Shown here piece after piece: positions 58,065-64,000 of a DNA stretch of 64,000 nt. Source of the DNA: Geopsychrobacteraceae bacterium (lineage in GTDB: Bacteria; Desulfobacterota; Desulfuromonadia; Desulfuromonadales; Geopsychrobacteraceae); NCBI GenBank assembly GCA_963662315.1, contig OY759353.1, forward strand, positions 4,064,001-4,128,000, in the 5' to 3' direction. The notes beneath the pieces were generated by a model. It saw only the letters and a list, made by a program, of their open reading frames with translations, was not told where the DNA came from and did no database searches. Position 1 is the first letter of the stretch, and each line of letters begins with the position of its first letter. A program made the position numbers and the translations under genes.

Positions 58065-59061
58065 TTCCGGACGGTTGTGATGCGACGGGCAGCAATTGTT
58101 GGCGTTGGCATAACCGCAGGTTACTCCCCGGTTGCTTTTTGGCGGCTGATTTTGTTTCGGTACAGATATCAACAACTTCGAGAACATTGCTGAATGTTCT
58201 TTTGCTCAGATCAACGCCCCCCATACTTAAGCTGATCAGTGGGTAACGTTTTTCCTCCCCGTCCCTTCCCTCAGCAATGATATACCCGGCATGGCGATCC
58301 CGGTCATTGTAGAATTGGGGAATCCCTTCATCGATACGGCGAACAATATCCTGGCACACCTGCGCACATTTTTGGCTGGCAACGCTAAAGACAAAATCAT
58401 CTCCGCCAATATGACCGAGAAAGGCATTGGCACAGCCATGCTGTTGCAGCGCAACCCGGATGACATTAGCGGTAAAGGCAATGACATCGTCACCTTTGGC
58501 AAAACCATAATGATCATTAAATGGTTTAAAGTTGTCCAGATCTGCATAGACAATGCAGACGGAATCTCTGCTGGACAGGGCCCGTTCAATTTCCATCAGA
58601 ACGCTGTTATTTCCGGGGAGCTGGGTATTCGGATTGGCATCAAGGGCCAGCTGATGCAGCTGCCTGAGTTCTTTAAATGCGTCACTGAGTTTAAATTGGT
58701 TTTTGATCCGGGCCAGTACAATTGGCGCATTGAAGGGGCGGGCGATAAAATCGTCTGCTCCGGCTTTAAAGGCATCGGCTTCAGTGCTGACACGGTTGTC
58801 TGAAGTAACGAAAATAATCGGGATGTTGGCTGTTGCGGAGGTTTGTTTCAGTTTACGGCAGATGTCAATGCCGCTGGCATCGGGCAACCGGGTGTCGAGC
58901 AGAATCATGTCGATTGCGTGCATGGTGAGCTGTTTGTCAATATCATGCGCGCTTTGGGCGGTGGCGACCAGATAGGCATCTTTGAGCGTGCCAATCAGGG
59001 TTGCGGCATTCAAGGCGTCTTTATCAGCAATTAAAATTCGCTTTTTGCTGTTAGGGGCCAT
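58045..59061 (-). CDS. Response regulator with GGDEF-family domain (GGDDF variant)
   Basis: REC ILLDTRLPD; DANPNTQLPGN, DLDNFKPFNDHYGF, GHIGGDDF. Confidence 0.88.
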   Translation of the reverse strand: MAPNSKKRILIADKDALNAATLIGTLKDAYLVATAQSAHDIDKQLTMHAIDMILLDTRLPDASGIDICRKLKQTSATANIPIIFVTSDNRVSTEADAFKAGADDFIARPFNAPIVLARIKNQFKLSDAFKELRQLHQLALDANPNTQLPGNNSVLMEIERALSSRDSVCIVYADLDNFKPFNDHYGFAKGDDVIAFTANVIRVALQQHGCANAFLGHIGGDDFVFSVASQKCAQVCQDIVRRIDEGIPQFYNDRDRHAGYIIAEGRDGEEKRYPLISLSMGGVDLSKRTFSNVLEVVDICTETKSAAKKQPGSNLRLCQRQQLLPVASQPSGIMVHEV

Positions 59062-59188
59062 ACTGATCCTGTCGCTAATAGGTCTATTAACAATATCAGA
59101 ATCGTTGCCAAAGTGCTAATCTGAATCATTTTTTGGCGCTAAAAAACCTGGCCCAACGCAATGTCGGACCAGGTTTTCCGAGGCTCGC

Positions 59189-59590
59189 TCAGGTCAAGTA
59201 ATGTGAGACCAGTTTACCGTTTTCATAGCTACGGGCACCGTCCGAGCGCTCGATAATCGCGCATTCAGTTGGCGAATCAACCCTCAGGCCGACGACCTTG
59301 TAATTGAAGTTCCCGCGTTGAAATGACTTGCCCAGCCATTCAGCACGCATGCCAAAGCTTTCCGCGTAACAGAGGAAATCTTCCTCTTCTTTTTCGCTGG
59401 CCACGGTTTTCTCCCGTTCGGCAACAGTAAACTGACAATAGGCGGAAAAGGTTGTGGCATCCGGGAACATCCGGGTGTTATGTAGCTCGACCTTAATGCC
59501 GTACTCCTCGGCAATCGGGGCCAGTGCCGCCCTGATTTTGGCTTCGATTTCGCCACAGATGGAAGGGGTGAGTTTCTTGACCGGGGTCAT
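59189..59590 (-). CDS. Hypothetical protein
   Basis: AAAGGAG RBS; 133 aa; followed by a hairpin at about 59141-59176. Confidence 0.7.
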   Translation of the reverse strand: MTPVKKLTPSICGEIEAKIRAALAPIAEEYGIKVELHNTRMFPDATTFSAYCQFTVAEREKTVASEKEEEDFLCYAESFGMRAEWLGKSFQRGNFNYKVVGLRVDSPTECAIIERSDGARSYENGKLVSHYLT

Positions 59591-59666
59591 GTGAGATTCT
59601 CCTTTCAGCAATGAAACAGGCAGTAGCGTAAAGAAGAGATTACGAGGAGGACATCATTGGCCGCCG

Positions 59667-59793
59667 GCTGGTCCTGGGTGAAGTATTGCGCCGGATCACC
59701 GGCCACAAGATGACTGGCTGCCGTAGCCAGTTTCAGGACTGAACCTCTTAAGAAAAGTCCCCGCAGGCCTTTAGGCAAGACCCCCAGGGGAGC
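59667..59793 (-). ncRNA. Unassigned structured RNA or 5' leader
   Basis: Nested pairings CCTGGG/CCCAGG, TTGC/GCAA, GGCC/GGCC, GGACT/AGTCC, ACTGGCT/AGCCAGT; extended -10 TGcTAATAT at 59817-59809. Confidence 0.45.
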
Positions 59794-59938
59794 GTTCAAC
59801 TCGACTATATATTAGCACTTCGACAGACAGGAGCAAGTCGGTAATTGCCACTTCATCTAAAAAGAAGCCTGTCCATGAGGAGTACGGGTATAAACGTGCT
59901 TCCCCGAGAAAAAGAGGGGGGCTGTGGCAAACTGCTGA

Positions 59939-60799
59939 TCAGCGCAGCAACAATAATGGTTGCTTGGTGTTGAGCAGCATTTTGACAGTAAAACTGCCAA
60001 TCAGTAAATCGCGAATTCTGGTGTGGCTGAAGGCACCCATGACAGTCAGATCAATCTGTTCCTGCTGCTGATACTGGCACAGCGCCGCTTCGGGTGGGCC
60101 ACTCAGTTCTGTCGCCGTGACCTGATAACCGGCTTGTTGGAGGCGGGCACTTGCCTGCTCAATTTTATCTTTGACCTTGGTGGATGGGTTCACATAGACC
60201 AGGTGACAAGGGAGCCCTTTGAGCAAGGGTCGGTCGGTCAGCATCTGCAGCGCCTTATGGGAACCATCACTGCCGTCAAAGGCAAGCATCACCCGACTGG
60301 GAGTCGAAAACTCTCGGTTGACGACAAAAATCGGTTTATACAGTGATCTGGCAACGCCTTCAAGGTGTTGTCCCAGGAGTTGCTCCTGCCCCATGTGTTC
60401 ATGACCTCGAATGCCCATGAATAACACCCGTATGTCATCTTCGCAGTCAATAAGAGCGTCCTGTAATGTGCCGCGCCGCTGACGCAATACCGGCGCTGGG
60501 TGACCATCCTTAACCAGTTGGTCACTCAGGCGGTGCAACATATTCTTGCCTTCTTCAAGCAGGATGCGGCTGCGTTTTTCTTCGAGGCTGACCAGTTCTT
60601 CCAGTAACTGTTCTCTGGCCCCCAGGCCAATGCTGCCACTGAGGTCACTGGCAGATGACATCCGTTCCTCAATGGTGTGTAACAGTTTCAGGCTGACCCC
60701 GACTTTTTCACTGGCCCAGGCGGCATAGGCGCAAACGGCGTTGGTAAAAGGTGAACCGTCGACACAGGCGACATTCATGGCAGTAGGGTTAACAAGCAT
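59939..60799 (-). CDS. Universal stress protein (tandem Usp domains)
   Basis: ACVDGS, LSGSIGLGARE.LL.EL, AFDGS, VMGAFSHTRIR.LLIGS.T. Confidence 0.9.
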   Translation of the reverse strand: MLVNPTAMNVACVDGSPFTNAVCAYAAWASEKVGVSLKLLHTIEERMSSASDLSGSIGLGAREQLLEELVSLEEKRSRILLEEGKNMLHRLSDQLVKDGHPAPVLRQRRGTLQDALIDCEDDIRVLFMGIRGHEHMGQEQLLGQHLEGVARSLYKPIFVVNREFSTPSRVMLAFDGSDGSHKALQMLTDRPLLKGLPCHLVYVNPSTKVKDKIEQASARLQQAGYQVTATELSGPPEAALCQYQQQEQIDLTVMGAFSHTRIRDLLIGSFTVKMLLNTKQPLLLLR

Positions 60800-62283
60800 C
60801 AGTGACCTCCCAGGACGCGTTCAAGTTCTTCCGGCTTATCATAACAGCCAAAACGATCGATCATTGTTTCGCTGGCTTCATTCAGGCCGACAACATTTAC
60901 TTTGATCCCGTTGCGGCGAAATTTGATGACGGTTTTATCCAGTGCTCCAACGGCAGAAATATCCCAGAAATGAGCGCGGCTCAGATCGATGGTAATTTCG
61001 TCCAGTATTTCACGAAAATCGAAACCTGCAACAAATTTACCGGCTGAAGCAAAGAAGACCTGACCGACCACCCGATAACAGCGATGGTCTTGTGATTCGT
61101 TGAGACTGGAACGAATATACATGAAGTGGCCAATCTTGTTGGCAAAAAACAGGGCGGCCAAAAGCACGCCGGCCAGTACGCCAAAAGCCAGATTATGAGT
61201 CACAACGACGACAACGACGGTGGTCAGAATGACAACGTTGGTCGATAGTGGTCGCCTGCGGGCCTCGCGAATTGAGTCCCAGTTAAAGGTTCCGATTGAA
61301 ACCATGATCATGACTGAAACCAGTGCTGCCATGGGGATAATCGAGACCAGATCACTCAAGAAGACAACCAGAATCAGCAGCATAACCCCGGCAACCAGGG
61401 TGGACAGCCGCCCGCGCCCCCCAGATTTCACATTGATAACCGATTGCCCGATCATAGCACAACCGGCCATACCGCCCAGCAGCCCGGCTCCGATATTGGC
61501 CAGCCCCTGGCCTTTGCATTCACGGTTACGGTCACTTTCGGTGTCGGTGAGATCGTCGACAATGGTTGAGGTCATCAGTGATTCGAGCAGGCCAACGACC
61601 GCCAATGCCAGAGAGTAAGGGAAAATAATTTTCAGTGTTGCCAGGTTAAACGGAACATCCGGGATCAGGAATACCGGTAACGAATCGGGCAGCTCACCCA
61701 TGTCTCCGACAGCTCTGATATCGAGCTTGAGGACATAGCTGACAATGGTCAGGACAATGATACAGACCAGGGGTGACGGGATGGTTTTATTCAGGCGCGG
61801 GAAGGTATAGATAATCGTCAGCCCGGCGGCCGTCATGGCGTAAACGTGCCAGGTTACGTTGGTCAATTCCGGAAGCTGAGCCATGAAAATCAGAATGGCC
61901 AGGGCATTGACAAAGCCGGTTACCACCGCCCGTGATACAAAGCGCATCAATTCACCTAATTTCAGGTAGCCGGCAATGATCTGCAAGACACCGGTCAGAA
62001 TGGTTGCCGCCAGCAGGTATTGCAATCCATGTTCCCTGATCAGCGACCCCATAAGCAGAGCCATTGCACCGGTGGCCGCTGAAATCATGCCGGGGCGGCC
62101 GCCACAGACGGCGCTAATGACGGCAATACAGAACGAGGCATAGAGTCCGACTTTGGGATCAACGCCGGCAATAATTGAAAAAGCAATAGCTTCAGGGATA
62201 AGGGCCAGGGCAACAACACAGCCTGCCAGGAGATCGGCTCGGGTATTTCCCAGCCAATCCTGTTTTTTCGAGAGTAACAGCAT
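60799..62283 (-). CDS. SulP family inorganic anion transporter with STAS domain
   Basis: [50 protein letters not shown]. Confidence 0.93.
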   Translation of the reverse strand: MLLLSKKQDWLGNTRADLLAGCVVALALIPEAIAFSIIAGVDPKVGLYASFCIAVISAVCGGRPGMISAATGAMALLMGSLIREHGLQYLLAATILTGVLQIIAGYLKLGELMRFVSRAVVTGFVNALAILIFMAQLPELTNVTWHVYAMTAAGLTIIYTFPRLNKTIPSPLVCIIVLTIVSYVLKLDIRAVGDMGELPDSLPVFLIPDVPFNLATLKIIFPYSLALAVVGLLESLMTSTIVDDLTDTESDRNRECKGQGLANIGAGLLGGMAGCAMIGQSVINVKSGGRGRLSTLVAGVMLLILVVFLSDLVSIIPMAALVSVMIMVSIGTFNWDSIREARRRPLSTNVVILTTVVVVVVTHNLAFGVLAGVLLAALFFANKIGHFMYIRSSLNESQDHRCYRVVGQVFFASAGKFVAGFDFREILDEITIDLSRAHFWDISAVGALDKTVIKFRRNGIKVNVVGLNEASETMIDRFGCYDKPEELERVLGGH

Positions 62284-62403
62284 GTCTTTCCTTTGTCGTA
62301 TATGAATTAAAAAACGAATGTTTCGAATATGGAGAAAATGTCTAAATGTTGAGGTGGATGCAAAAAGCCGTGGATGTTATCCGAAGGTTAAGCGAGAGAC
62401 AAG

Positions 62404-63759
62404 TTAAAAATTATTCGAAATGCCGGTTGTAACGGGTGCTTTTGCGGCCTGGGCAATCTGCTCCGGCTTTTGATCCATTTTTGCCATAAGAGATGTGACG
62501 AGCTCTTTGAACTTTGGCAGTTTGTCTTTGGGGATAGAGGCAGCCATGGGGATTTTGGCTTTAACTGCATTCACCACGCGGCCATTGATGTGCATCTCGT
62601 AATGCAGGTGCGGGCCGGTTGACCGACCAGTATTGCCGGACAGGGCGATGGTTTGGCCTCGCTCAACATGTTGCCCCCGTTTGACCAGGATTTTGCTGAG
62701 GTGAAGAAAACGGGTTTTGTAGTGGCTGCCGTGCTGAATCTCGACATATTTTCCTGCATAAGGGTGACTGATAACCCGAGTCACAACGCCATCGCCTGGA
62801 GATTGGATGCGGGTTCCCGTTGGCATGGCAAAGTCGGTTCCATTGTGTGGTGAAATGCGTTTGGTAATCGGATGACGACGGCGCGGGTTAAACGGTGAAC
62901 TGATACGGTAATTTCCGGTGAAAGGATAGCGTCGAAACGCCCGGGCCAGGCTCTCTCCGTTATGATCGTAATAATTACCATCTTCAAACAGAAAAGCGTC
63001 TATTTCATAGCGGTAGCCGTCGATACGGATAGCGAGAATCTGCGATTGCCCGGTTTTAACGCCGTTGACATATTGATCGCTGCGGATCACCTCAAAGCGA
63101 TCACCGGCGCGCATATCTCTGCTGAAATTGAGCTTGGCATCAAACAAATCGGCAATATTCGCCGTTTCCTGTTCGGTCAATCCGGCTGCCATGGCCGACA
63201 AGAAGAAACTGCCTTGAATCTCGCCATTGACAATATTTTCTTGCCAATCTCCGGGAATTTCAACTTCCTTAAATTCAAAGGTTTCAGAATCAACACGCGA
63301 ATACAGGACCTGCTTGCCGGGATGGATGAACAGTTCCATGGTTTGCAGAATTCTGGTTTCTGGATCCAGAGTAAAGGTCAGACGGTTTCCGGGGCGCAGG
63401 ACGTCCAGGGCGAGCAGTTGTTCATCAGCGGCGAGCACCTGGTACATGGTCTGCTGATCAATATGAAAGCCGTCAAAGATGGCGCTTAAAGTATCACCAT
63501 CACTGATGTCGCGTGTAAAAATATGGTCAGGGACAGCTGGAGCAGGAGGTAGGTCTGAAGGGGAGATTTCCGGAATGACAGCTGCTGCAGGCGGTGAGGT
63601 GACCAGTTCTGGTTCGGGAACGGAAGCATCTGGACTGCTTGGCATGAAGGCTCGGATACTGATCGCAATAAAAAGGAATAAGACCGAAAAGAGAATGCGC
63701 CGGTTGCGGCGTTTCCGTTTTCTTTGGCGTTCGAGTGACGATGTCCAGACAGCATTCAT
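62404..63759 (-). CDS. M23 family murein DD-endopeptidase (MepM-like)
   Basis: N-terminal TM, LysM-like GDTLSAIF, HNGTD (HxxxD), GRSTGPHLHYE (HxH). Confidence 0.92.
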   Translation of the reverse strand: MNAVWTSSLERQRKRKRRNRRILFSVLFLFIAISIRAFMPSSPDASVPEPELVTSPPAAAVIPEISPSDLPPAPAVPDHIFTRDISDGDTLSAIFDGFHIDQQTMYQVLAADEQLLALDVLRPGNRLTFTLDPETRILQTMELFIHPGKQVLYSRVDSETFEFKEVEIPGDWQENIVNGEIQGSFFLSAMAAGLTEQETANIADLFDAKLNFSRDMRAGDRFEVIRSDQYVNGVKTGQSQILAIRIDGYRYEIDAFLFEDGNYYDHNGESLARAFRRYPFTGNYRISSPFNPRRRHPITKRISPHNGTDFAMPTGTRIQSPGDGVVTRVISHPYAGKYVEIQHGSHYKTRFLHLSKILVKRGQHVERGQTIALSGNTGRSTGPHLHYEMHINGRVVNAVKAKIPMAASIPKDKLPKFKELVTSLMAKMDQKPEQIAQAAKAPVTTGISNNF

Positions 63760-64000
63760 GAGTAGATTTATTTGTAGCCTTTAAATAATTAAAATAATCC
63801 ATCCATGACGCAATAAATTTTCCGAGATGTCAAGACTGAAAAAATTAGAACCGACTTGTGTGTTGATCATACCCGCAGAGCGCTACGCTTACTCCTGTTT
63901 GCTAACGCAGCGTTTTGCGGGCAGATATCGGTTAACAGTTAGTGGACATGATAGGTAAATTCAAAGTTGCGTTTTACCCCATCCGCGAGCTTACTGCCGA

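Noticed and set aside
59673..59790. yybP-ykoY riboswitch or hammerhead ribozyme on the plus strand
   Set aside because: Only fragments (GGCAAGACC, GATGA) match; core motifs are absent and no gene follows on that strand.
1..64000. tRNA, rRNA, prophage or integrase genes
   Set aside because: None recognised by eye; a covariance-model scan would be needed to exclude small RNAs.

Overview
This looks like a 64-kb chromosomal segment of an anaerobic deltaproteobacterium, probably Desulfuromonadales (inferred from gene content, not from a marker gene). Core content: photolyase, a seven-gene Ech-hydrogenase-related (Ehr) membrane complex preceded by two divergent HTH-PTS EIIA paralogues, ilvB, ackA, a fused NfnA-NfnB transhydrogenase, a choice-of-anchor I phosphatase-like lipoprotein, EfpL, two histidine kinases, a GIDE/EF-hand-LemA-DnaJ operon, malic enzyme, arfB, a haem-c chemoreceptor, livKHMGF, SulP-Usp and an M23 peptidase. 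A ~6-kb accessory patch (32.5-38.4 kb) holds a canonical integron attC site with a cassette-like methyltransferase and no integrase, a decayed Y1/HUH (RAYT-like) transposase with 25-bp terminal inverted repeats, an intact IS256 inserted in a hipA remnant, and a REP-like doublet. The strongest signals missed by the ORF track are: tandem 17-nt flank-plus-end duplications at both junctions of the Y1 element; an Ile/Leu/Val leader-peptide attenuator upstream of ilvB; the orphan attC; a MITE that supplies the photolyase stop codon; direct-repeat operator candidates at the Ehr promoter; and an unassigned structured RNA near 59.7 kb. All calls come from reading the sequence by eye; no database search was run.
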